Shown here: piece by piece, positions 18,912 to 26,619 of the stretch
How positions within the stretch are numbered: position 1 is the stretch's first letter
How the letters are laid out: each line of letters starts with the position of its first letter
From: an uncultured Collinsella sp.
GTDB lineage: Bacteria > Actinomycetota > Coriobacteriia > Coriobacteriales > Coriobacteriaceae
Assembly (NCBI GenBank): GCA_900556705.1
Contig: USPT01000001.1
Coordinates: 1 to 32,930 of the forward strand
Direction of reading: 5' to 3'
DNA: 32,930 bases
Made by a program: the position numbers and the translations under genes
The notes under the pieces: model-generated
Told to the model about the DNA's origin: nothing
What the model saw: only the letters and a program-made list of their open reading frames with translations
Database searches by the model: none

Positions 18912-19642
18912 GGAATCTCCCGATACCCGCGCGGCGTGACCATACGGCCGCCTACGAGCTTCGTGTTCGCGTTGCCGACGAACACGGTGGTGAACATGTC
19001 GGCGTCGATCTCCCCCAGCTCAGAGAGCCTACACATGCCCGACTGCTGCCCCTCGCGCCCGATGTTGCGTACCCAGCCGCAGAGCGTGTCGGGGGCCTTC
19101 CATTCGAGCATAATCTTCGCCGCGCGTGAGAGCCTGTCGGCGCGCTTTCTGCTGCGCGGGTTGTACAAACAGATGCAGAAGTCGGCGCTCGCCACGGCGG
19201 CGAGCCTGCGCTCGATGACCTCCCATGGCGTGAGCAGGTCGGAGAGCGACACGACCGCGAAGTCGTGGGCAAGCGGGGCGCCGAGCACCGCCGACCCGCT
19301 CTGAGCCGCGGTGGCCCCGGCGATAACTTCCACGTCTACATCGGGGTAGTCCTCCGCAAGCTCCAGCACGGGGCTCGCCATGCCGTACACGCCCGCGTCA
19401 CCGCTGCACACAAGCGCCACGGCTTCTCCGCTCTGCGCGCGCGAAAGCGCCAGGCGGCACCGTTCGACCTCGTGCATCATCGGCGTCGCGAGATGCGCCG
19501 CGTCGGGCACGGCGGCGAGCGCGAGCTCCACGTATTTCGTGTACCCCACAACGATGTCCGCCGCCTCGAGCGCGCGCCGGGCCGCAATCGTCATGCCGTC
19601 GGGGCCGCCCGGGCCGATCCCCACCACGAAGAGCTTTCCCAT
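18899..19642 (-). CDS. cbiH: Cobalt-precorrin-3B C17-methyltransferase (CbiH/CobJ)
   Basis: VVGIGPG, VGYTKY, EVERC, SGDAGVYGMA, GAPLAHDF, SLSDLLTPW, YNPRS..R, MVTPRGY. Start is ATG 19642 or GTG 19645. Confidence 0.95.
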   Translation of the reverse strand: MGKLFVVGIGPGGPDGMTIAARRALEAADIVVGYTKYVELALAAVPDAAHLATPMMHEVERCRLALSRAQSGEAVALVCSGDAGVYGMASPVLELAEDYPDVDVEVIAGATAAQSGSAVLGAPLAHDFAVVSLSDLLTPWEVIERRLAAVASADFCICLYNPRSRKRADRLSRAAKIMLEWKAPDTLCGWVRNIGREGQQSGMCRLSELGEIDADMFTTVFVGNANTKLVGGRMVTPRGYREIPCER

Positions 19643-20775
19643 CACCGCTCCTTAAACGAAAGTTCGATAGTTACCTTGGAAAACGCGACGGTCACGCCGC
19701 TGTGAGCGAGCTTCGGGAAGATAAGTTTGCCCCCGTCCGCGAGCGCCGCGCGCTCGCACACGTTGTCGACCCCCACCGTCGCGCGCACGAAATCAGATGG
19801 CGAAACGCTGCCATCGACTTGCGACAACTCATCTGCGGAATACGTCACAAGCGGAATATTGCGCGCGCGGCAGAAGGCGAGCAGACCCTCCTCGTGCGCC
19901 TTCACGTCGATCGTCGCCGCCTCGCGCACGGCCGAAGGCGAGATGCCCGCCTGCCCGCACGCGAGAAGAAACGCCTCCCCGATCGCTTCGGCGCACGCAC
20001 CGCGACGGCACCCTATGCCCGCAACGATACAGGGCACGACAAGGCGAAGCGGCTCGGGCGCAGGCGCCTGCGCCCGCATGCCTGCCGGCATCCCCGTCTC
20101 ACCGGCGGGCACGACCTCGTCCGTTGTCTCCGCCGCGCGAACGAACGCGCCTGCATTCGCGCCAGCGAACGGCGACACGACGATATCGGCCCGAGCGCGG
20201 TCGGACGCAATGTCTACCCCCTCAGGCGGCTGTCCCGAAATCGGCATGTCGGAATAGAGTGCCACGCGCCCGCCCGAAAGCAGCCGCGCCGACACTCGCT
20301 TGATGGCCTCGGGATTCGAAACGGCGAGCCCCGCACAGCGCGCCCACGTATCCACCGCCCACACGCCGCGGACGTCGGTCGCCGTGGTGATGACGGGGAT
20401 GGCCCCTACCGCGCGGGCCACAGTTTGCGCAAGCTCGTTCGCACCGCCCAAATGCCCCGACAAAAGCGGGACGGCAAAGCGCCCCGCCTCGTCAATCACC
20501 ACAACCGCGGAATCGGTTGCCTTCGAAGCGACATGCGGCGCGATCGCCCGCACGGCGATGCCCGCCGCGCCCACGAACAGAAGCGCGTCCGACGCTTCCC
20601 ACGCGAGCGCCGTCCATGCGCGCAGGTCGGCCTTCCCCTCGCCGAACCCGCGCGAAACGGAAACGTCCCAGCCAGGGTCATCTTCACCTGTCTGCGCGCA
20701 ATCGGAAAGCGCGCGTGCAGTGCGCTCCGCCAACGCATACCCCCTCTCAGTGAACGCTATGCAGGAAATCCTCAT
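19642..20775 (-). CDS. cbiG: Cobalt-precorrin-5A hydrolase (CbiG)
   Basis: GAAGIAVRAIAP...K.TD.AVVV.DE.G, LLSGHLGGAN, PVITTATD, GIGCRRG, SDFV...VGV.NVCERAA. Confidence 0.93.
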   Translation of the reverse strand: MRISCIAFTERGYALAERTARALSDCAQTGEDDPGWDVSVSRGFGEGKADLRAWTALAWEASDALLFVGAAGIAVRAIAPHVASKATDSAVVVIDEAGRFAVPLLSGHLGGANELAQTVARAVGAIPVITTATDVRGVWAVDTWARCAGLAVSNPEAIKRVSARLLSGGRVALYSDMPISGQPPEGVDIASDRARADIVVSPFAGANAGAFVRAAETTDEVVPAGETGMPAGMRAQAPAPEPLRLVVPCIVAGIGCRRGACAEAIGEAFLLACGQAGISPSAVREAATIDVKAHEEGLLAFCRARNIPLVTYSADELSQVDGSVSPSDFVRATVGVDNVCERAALADGGKLIFPKLAHSGVTVAFSKVTIELSFKER

Positions 20776-21009
20776 CTAGCGCACCACCATCGTCGAGAAG
20801 TAGCTGCCCCGATCGGGCACATCGTCAAGCGAGCGGTACACGCGCTCGCCCGGAAGCCCACAGTCCTCTACGAGCTCGGCACCGTCAAAGGCGCCCTCCT
20901 CGCGAAGAATGCGCTTCGTGTCCGCAAGCGAGCGGCGCGCCTTCATGACCACCTTCGTCCCCGGCCAGCCGATTGCGCGGCCCACCTCGTACAGCACGCC
21001 TTTACTCAT
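20776..21009 (-). pseudogene. cbiL: Internally deleted cobalt-precorrin-2 C20-methyltransferase (CbiL/CobI) remnant, 77 aa
   Basis: N-terminus MSKGVLY(E)VG is joined directly to the CbiL C-terminal region GTKVVMK...VEDCGLPGERVY...YFSTMVVR. It lacks the GPGDP SAM-binding motif and the central core. It occupies the cbiD-cbiG interval, with ATGAGTAA coupling to cbiD. Confidence 0.8.
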
Positions 21010-22186
21010 ACGTCGCCCCCAATACCCCGATAACTGCATCGGCGCCCGACGTGCGGAAAAGCTCGCGGCGCTCGGCGTCGAACACGACCGCGGCGATGTC
21101 GCATGCGCCCGCCGCGCGGCGGCGCAACCTGTCCTCGATTGCCGCAGCGAGCGAGGCGCACGCAGCGTCCCCCACGCCGGCGGCCTCGATTACCTCGAGT
21201 GCCGCCGTGGTCGTGACGGACGTCATGATCTCGCGCACGGTCTTCGCGCCCGCGCCGGCCATGGCCGCGTGGGCGGCCAGAATCTCCGCGCGGCAGTCGG
21301 CGGTACGCGAATGGGTGTCCATGATACCGCCCGCGACCTTCACCAACTTGCCGATGTGTCCCACAAGAAGGACATTGGTAAATCCCTCGCGAATGCAGCA
21401 ATCAATCGCATCGCCCACAAAGTTGGAGATGAAGACCACCGGCGCACCGTTTAGGTGGAAATGCCCTGAGATGAACTGCGCGCCGTAGTTGCCGGGCGTG
21501 AGCACGACTCCGCACCGCCCCATAGCCGCATGCTGCCGGATCTCGAGCTCGATACTGTCGCGCAAGGCAGCGAGGCTGCGCGGCTCGACGATGCCCGTCG
21601 TGCCCAGGATGGAGATGCCGTCCTTTATCCCCAGGTGCGGGTTGAAGGTCTTTTCGGCAAGGGCAACACCCTCGGGTACCGAAATTGTCACAGCAATATC
21701 TCCAGAAAAGCCGTGCACGGCGCACACCTCGCGCACCGCCGAAGTGATCATCGCGCGCGGCGTCGCGTTGATGGCGGCCGCCCCCACCGGCTGCTCGAGC
21801 CCGGGCAACGTCACGCGCCCCACGCCCACGCCGCCGTCGACGGAAACTTCCGATTCGTGCGCGGGTACGTCCTTGCTGCCCGCAGCGCCCGTGCCCGACC
21901 CCGCATGTTCCACGCGCGCGTACACGAGCACGCCGTCGGTCACATCGGCATCGTCGCCTGCGTCCTTTCGCACGGCACACTGGGCGCACCCCTCGCCGAT
22001 GCATGCGTCGACCACGTTCGCCTCGACGGGCAGCCCGCCGGGGGTGACGATCGACACGAGGCCGACGGGCTTTCGTGACAAGAGCATCTCGCAGGCCGCC
22101 TTCGCCGCGAGCGCGGCGCAGCTCCCCGTGGTGTAGCCGCAGCGCAGGCGGGTCGTCCCGGTATATATGTAGTGCTCGAAGGCCAC
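21002..22186 (-). CDS. cbiD: Cobalt-precorrin-5B C1-methyltransferase (CbiD)
   Basis: LRCGYTTGSCAALAAKAA, KDAGDDADVT, GVGRVTLPGL, AINATPR, KTFNP.LGI..GISILGTTGIV.P, GH.GKLVK.AGG...THSR. GTG start at 22186. Confidence 0.95.
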   Translation of the reverse strand: MAFEHYIYTGTTRLRCGYTTGSCAALAAKAACEMLLSRKPVGLVSIVTPGGLPVEANVVDACIGEGCAQCAVRKDAGDDADVTDGVLVYARVEHAGSGTGAAGSKDVPAHESEVSVDGGVGVGRVTLPGLEQPVGAAAINATPRAMITSAVREVCAVHGFSGDIAVTISVPEGVALAEKTFNPHLGIKDGISILGTTGIVEPRSLAALRDSIELEIRQHAAMGRCGVVLTPGNYGAQFISGHFHLNGAPVVFISNFVGDAIDCCIREGFTNVLLVGHIGKLVKVAGGIMDTHSRTADCRAEILAAHAAMAGAGAKTVREIMTSVTTTAALEVIEAAGVGDAACASLAAAIEDRLRRRAAGACDIAAVVFDAERRELFRTSGADAVIGVLGATYE

Positions 22187-22187
22187 G

Positions 22188-22979
22188 CTAGCTGCTCGCC
22201 TTCCGATACCCCGTGGAAAACGAAGGGTCGTAAAGCTTGCTGCGCTCGTACGACTCCGCTTGCGCGCCGTTGTGTGCAAGCCTGCCGCGAGCTCCGAGCA
22301 CGCGGCCCACCACCACGAGCGCCGTGCGGTCGATGCCCTCTCGCGCGCCCGCATCGGCGAGCGTGCGCACTGTGCATCGCACCACGCGCTCCTCAGGCCA
22401 GGTCGCCTTGTACACGAGCGCCGCCGGCTCATCGGAGCTGCGGCCCGCGGCCAAAAGCTCGGCGGAAAGCTCGGCGAGCATACCCGAGCTCAGGAAGATG
22501 ACCATAGTCGAGCCGCTTTCCGCCATGGTGCGCATGCCCTCGCCCGCGGGCATGGGGGTGCGCCCGGAAAGCCGCGTGATCACGACCGACTGGCTGATTC
22601 CCGGCAGCGTATATTCCTGGCGAAGCGCCGCCGCGGCACCGCAAAAGCTCGACACGCCGGGCACCACCTCGTAGTCCACGCCGCGCGCGTCGAGCGCGTC
22701 CATCTGCTCCTGGATGGCGCCGTACAGGCACGGGTCGCCCGTGTGCAGGCGCACCACTTCCTCGTCCCGCGCATCTGCCGCGCACATCACGTCGAGCACT
22801 TCCTCCAAGGTCATGTGCGCGCTGTCATAGACGATGCAGGATTCCTTGCACTCGGCGAGCAGCTCGGGGTTCACAAGGCTCCCCGCCCAAACGACCACGT
22901 CGGCCGCGCGCAAAAGGCGCGCCCCGCGCAGCGTGATAAGGTCGGCGGCGCCCGAGCCAGCGCCAACGATATGAATCAT
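22188..22979 (-). CDS. cbiF: Cobalt-precorrin-4 C11-methyltransferase (CbiF/CobM)
   Basis: MIHIVGAGSGAADLITLRG, AGSLVN, RLHTGDP..YGAI.EQ, E.TLPG.SQ, YKATWP.E, RSKLY...F. RBS GGAAGG upstream of ATG 22979. Confidence 0.95.
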   Translation of the reverse strand: MIHIVGAGSGAADLITLRGARLLRAADVVVWAGSLVNPELLAECKESCIVYDSAHMTLEEVLDVMCAADARDEEVVRLHTGDPCLYGAIQEQMDALDARGVDYEVVPGVSSFCGAAAALRQEYTLPGISQSVVITRLSGRTPMPAGEGMRTMAESGSTMVIFLSSGMLAELSAELLAAGRSSDEPAALVYKATWPEERVVRCTVRTLADAGAREGIDRTALVVVGRVLGARGRLAHNGAQAESYERSKLYDPSFSTGYRKASS

Positions 22980-23110
22980 CCGAGCCTTCCCTTCCCGTTT
23001 CTCATCGCAACCGTTTACGCTGCCATTCGCGCAGCGGCCAAAACACGGCGCCCGAAGCGGCAATCGGCGCAAATACGCAGGCAGGAGGCGCAATGCCGCC
23101 CGCCCTGGCT

Positions 23111-23139
23111 TTGACACGTTCAAAAGTGCCCACTATCAT
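23111..23139 (+). promoter_or_regulatory. Sigma70-type promoter for the riboswitch/cbiK operon
   Basis: TTGACA (23111-23116), 17-bp spacer, TATCAT (23134-23139). Confidence 0.75.
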
Positions 23140-23172
23140 AGTAAAAGATTCGGCAACGAGCATATGACAATC

Positions 23173-23321
23173 GGATAAAAGGAAATGACCGGCGCGGCGC
23201 CCGCACAGCCCGCGCTGGCTTGCGGAGGGAACCAGGTGGGAATCCTGGGCAAGGGACATTACTGTATAGGACGCGCGGGCGAACCGCCTCGCGCCCCAAG
23301 CCAGACTGCTTCGCCTTTTCC
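23173..23321 (+). promoter_or_regulatory. Cobalamin (B12) riboswitch; boundaries approximate
   Basis: Core AGGGAA-CCAGG-TGGGAAT-CCTGG...ACTGTA...AAGCCAGA, with closing helix GGATAAAAGG/CCTTTTCC. Located in the 5' leader of cbiK and the transport genes. Confidence 0.85.
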
Positions 23322-23437
23322 TCACGGCATCGCCGTGGCGTTAGCTCCTTGTGAACCCCGAGGGGTGCGCTTTTCTTTCGCTTGTGCCGACAAGCAACTG
23401 TCGCCGGGGGACCGGCAAACCGAGGAAAGGAAAAACC

Positions 23438-24364
23438 ATGTCCGACCAGATGTCACGCCGCGGCTTCATGGGCGCCGCAGCAACCGGAGCCGTCGCGCTC
23501 GCTGGAGTCGCGCTCGCGGGCTGCTCCAACACCTCCGCGAGTTCCGAGAAATCGAGTGAAAAGGAGAAGGCCGTGAAGCCGGTCATCCTCGTCACGAGCT
23601 TCGGCACGAGCTACAACGACTCGCGCCACATCACCATCGGCGCCATCGAAGACGCTATCCGCGAGAAGTACTGGCAGGACTACGACATCCGCCGCGCCTT
23701 CACCGCGCAGATCATCATCGACAAGCTGAAGAAGCGCGACGGCATCACGATCGACAACATGACCGAAGCGCTCGACCGCTGCGTGGAAGACGGCGTGAAG
23801 GAAATCGTCGTGCAGCCGACACATCTCATGGGTGGCCTGGAATACACCGACGTGAAAGACGAGCTCGACAAGTACGCTGACAAGTTCGACAAGATCTCGC
23901 TCGGCGACCCGCTGCTCACCTCCGACGACGACTACAAGAAGGTGGCCGCAGCCATTAAGGAGAACATGGCGTCCTTCGACGACGGCAAGACGGCGCTGTG
24001 CCTCATGGGCCACGGCACCGAAGCCGATTCCAACGCCGACTATGCCAAGATGCAGGAAGTGTTTAAGAACGAGGGCTTGACGCAGTTCTTCGTCGGCACC
24101 GTCGAGGCTGAACCGACCTGCGAGGATGTTATCGCCGCCGCGAGCGCCGCAGGCTACAAGAAGGCCGTGCTCGCGCCGTTCATGGTGGTCGCGGGCGACC
24201 ACGCGAACAACGACATGGCAGACGAGACCGACCCCGACAGCTGGGCTGCGAAGTTCGTGGCCGCCGGCTTCGAAGTGACGTGCCTGCTCCAGGGTCTGGG
24301 ACAGAACGTCGCGGTCGACGACATCTACGTCGCGCACGTGGACGACGCCATCGCCAAGCTGTAA
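23438..24364 (+). CDS. cbiK: CbiK-family cobalt chelatase carrying a Tat signal and lipobox (exported lipoprotein)
   Basis: MSDQMSRRGFMG (twin-arginine) and ALAGC lipobox. ILVTSFGTSY, RRAFT, QPTHLM.G.EY, MGHGT, VGTVE, VAGDHANNDM carry the metal-ligand His/Glu/His. Confidence 0.92.
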   Translation: MSDQMSRRGFMGAAATGAVALAGVALAGCSNTSASSEKSSEKEKAVKPVILVTSFGTSYNDSRHITIGAIEDAIREKYWQDYDIRRAFTAQIIIDKLKKRDGITIDNMTEALDRCVEDGVKEIVVQPTHLMGGLEYTDVKDELDKYADKFDKISLGDPLLTSDDDYKKVAAAIKENMASFDDGKTALCLMGHGTEADSNADYAKMQEVFKNEGLTQFFVGTVEAEPTCEDVIAAASAAGYKKAVLAPFMVVAGDHANNDMADETDPDSWAAKFVAAGFEVTCLLQGLGQNVAVDDIYVAHVDDAIAKL

Positions 24365-24373
24365 ACTCGCCGC

Positions 24374-24446
24374 GCACGGGGGCGCCGGTCGCGTCCCCGT
24401 GCAACGGGCATGCGCCTTCCCCGACCGACGGCGCATGCCCGTTGCA
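24374..24446. other. Tandem intercistronic stem-loops after cbiK
   Basis: 12-bp stem (24374-24385 with 24391-24402, one G-U pair) and a perfect 17-bp stem TGCAACGGGCATGCGCC / GGCGCATGCCCGTTGCA (24400-24416 with 24430-24446). No U-tract follows. Confidence 0.7.
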
Positions 24447-24509
24447 TTCGCGTCCCGCCCTCCCACCGCACGAGCGGGCGGTCGAAGCGATTGAAAGGAA
24501 CCTCCCTCC

Positions 24510-25043
24510 ATGTTGAAGAAAACCCTCGCCTTCGCCCTGTCAGCGGCGCTTTTCGCGTTCTCGCTCGCCGGCTGCGGCGGAAATTCAATCGACAGCGCAA
24601 AGGCAAGCGATGCCGATTCCCAGGAAAAGACCGAACAGGCGGCCGATGCGCCCGAGGGCGCAAGCGCTGCCCCCATCACCGCCGACAAGGTGGCCGACGG
24701 CACCTATCCGATCACCGTAGATTCCAGCTCGAACATGTTCAGGATTGTGGACGCCCAGCTCATCGTGGAAAACGGCTCCATGCACTGCGTGATGACGCTT
24801 TCCGGCACGGGCTACGGCAAGCTCTTCATGGGCACGGGCGACGAGGCTGCCGCCGCGAGCGAGGCCGACTTCATCCCCTATGTGGAAAACGCGGAAGGCA
24901 AGTACACCTACGACGTGCCCGTTGAAGCGCTCGACGAGGACACCGCCTGCGCCGCGTGGAGTATTAGAAAAGAGCAGTGGTACGACCGCACGCTCGTGTT
25001 CGAATCCGCCGGCGTCGATCTGCGCGCCGACGCACTGAAGTAA
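24510..25043 (+). CDS. Uncharacterised lipoprotein with one NEAT-like beta-rich domain
   Basis: RBS GAAAGGA, signal peptide with SLAGC lipobox, acidic linker, then DGTYPITVDSSSNMFRI...TLSGTGYGKLFMG...TYDVPVEALD...WYDRTLVF. Confidence 0.75.
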   Translation: MLKKTLAFALSAALFAFSLAGCGGNSIDSAKASDADSQEKTEQAADAPEGASAAPITADKVADGTYPITVDSSSNMFRIVDAQLIVENGSMHCVMTLSGTGYGKLFMGTGDEAAAASEADFIPYVENAEGKYTYDVPVEALDEDTACAAWSIRKEQWYDRTLVFESAGVDLRADALK

Positions 25044-25047
25044 CGCC

Positions 25048-26619
25048 ATGCGGTCGATTCTTCCCAAGGGGGAAAGCAGGAAGCGTCGCAGCATCGCGGT
25101 GCGCGCGATCGCCTGCGTTCTCGTCGCCCTGTTCGCGCTTCCCTTCGCGGGGTGCAGTGCGAGCCCGAACGCGACCGGTGGCACGGCAGGCTCTCAGGAA
25201 TACACTGTGAGCGTCTCGCTCTCCGGCGGGTCAGGGCGCGCAAGCATCGCCTCACCCACCACAATTGTGAAGGATGGCGACACCTACACCGCGACCATCA
25301 CCTGGTCGAGTTCGAACTACGACAAAATGACCGTCAACGGCGTGGACTACGCGCCCGTAAACGACGGCGGCAACTCCACGTTCGTGATACCCGTCACGCT
25401 CGACGAGGACATCGCCGTGTCGGCCGAGACCGTCGCCATGTCAACGCCGCACACCATCGACTACACGCTCCACTTCGATTCATCCACCATGAAGGAGAAA
25501 TCGGGCGACGAAGCAAGCGGCGGCTCCCCTGCGGGAACGGCTTCAAACGCCGCGGCCGACTTCCACAACGCCGATTTGGGCTGCGGCTGGAAGCCGACGG
25601 GGACGCTTCAGCTTGAATACGCCGAGCACTTCACTGTCGACGAGTACGAAGGCGGCCTGCGGCTTATCTGCATTTCGAACGGGGAGCGCTTCCTCGTGGT
25701 GCCGCAAAATGCAAAGGTACCTGATGGGTTGAGCTCCGACATCGCGGTCATAAGGCGCCCCGCCGACAAGGTGTACCTCGTGTCGTCGGCGACGATGTGC
25801 CTGGTCGACGCGCTCGATGCGAACGACAATATCCTCATGTCGGGCACGAAGGCCGACGATTGCTCGGTCGCGGGCTTTAAAAGCGCGCTCGAAAGTGGGG
25901 CGATCGCCTACGGCGGCAAGTACAGCGCGCCCGACTACGAGCGAATATCGGCCTCGGGCTGCACGCTCGCCATCGAGAACACCATGATCAACCACACGCC
26001 CGATGTGAAGGAAAAGCTGCAGAAACTCGGGCTCGTCGTGCTCACCGAACAGTCGTCGAGCGAGCCCGAAGCACTCGGGCGCGTCGAGTGGATTAAGCTT
26101 TTCGGCGTCCTGTTCGACAAGGAAGACGAGGCCGCGCACCTGTTCAACGAGCAGAAGGCCCGCGTCGAGCAAACGTCGGGGCTCGCGTCGTCAGGTAAAA
26201 CCGTGGCGTATTTCTACATTAACTCGAACGGGGCCGCCGTCACGCGGCGGGCGGGCGACTACGTGGCGCAGATGATCGAGCTTGCAGGCGGCAGCTACGC
26301 GCTCGATGACGCGCAGACGGCGTCGACGTCAGGTTCGTCAGTAACGCTCGAAATGGAGCGCTTCTACGCGACGGCGAAGGATGCCGACATCATCGTCTAC
26401 AACGGCGCCATCGACAAATCGGTTGCCACCTTGAACGACTTTGTAGGCAAAAACGCGCTATTGTCGCAGTTCAAAGCCGTGAAGAATGGCAACGTCTGGG
26501 TCACAAGCGCCGACATGTACCAGCAGATGACTTCTACCGCCGACATTATCGACGAGCTGCACGGGGCGTTCACCGGCGATGACGCGAGCGACTTCCATTA
26601 TCTGAGGAAGCTTGGCTAG
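25048..26619 (+). CDS. ABC substrate-binding lipoprotein: N-terminal NEAT-like domain fused to a BtuF/iron-chelate-type binding domain
   Basis: FAGC lipobox, then the domain EYTVSVSLSGGSGRASI...AMSTPHTIDYTLHFD and a linker. The C-terminal domain LEYAEHF...GKYSAPDYE...E.EALGRVEWIKLFG...GNVW resembles B12/Fe-complex binding proteins. Confidence 0.85.
   Translation: MRSILPKGESRKRRSIAVRAIACVLVALFALPFAGCSASPNATGGTAGSQEYTVSVSLSGGSGRASIASPTTIVKDGDTYTATITWSSSNYDKMTVNGVDYAPVNDGGNSTFVIPVTLDEDIAVSAETVAMSTPHTIDYTLHFDSSTMKEKSGDEASGGSPAGTASNAAADFHNADLGCGWKPTGTLQLEYAEHFTVDEYEGGLRLICISNGERFLVVPQNAKVPDGLSSDIAVIRRPADKVYLVSSATMCLVDALDANDNILMSGTKADDCSVAGFKSALESGAIAYGGKYSAPDYERISASGCTLAIENTMINHTPDVKEKLQKLGLVVLTEQSSSEPEALGRVEWIKLFGVLFDKEDEAAHLFNEQKARVEQTSGLASSGKTVAYFYINSNGAAVTRRAGDYVAQMIELAGGSYALDDAQTASTSGSSVTLEMERFYATAKDADIIVYNGAIDKSVATLNDFVGKNALLSQFKAVKNGNVWVTSADMYQQMTSTADIIDELHGAFTGDDASDFHYLRKLG

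Noticed and set aside
8645..23123. Long N-terminal extensions given by the ORF track (for example CobO 339 aa, CobU 494 aa, CbiD 476 aa, CbiF 311 aa)
   Set aside because: The extensions overlap upstream genes or the leader. Family N-termini, RBS positions and ATGA/GTGA coupling point to the shorter starts reported above.
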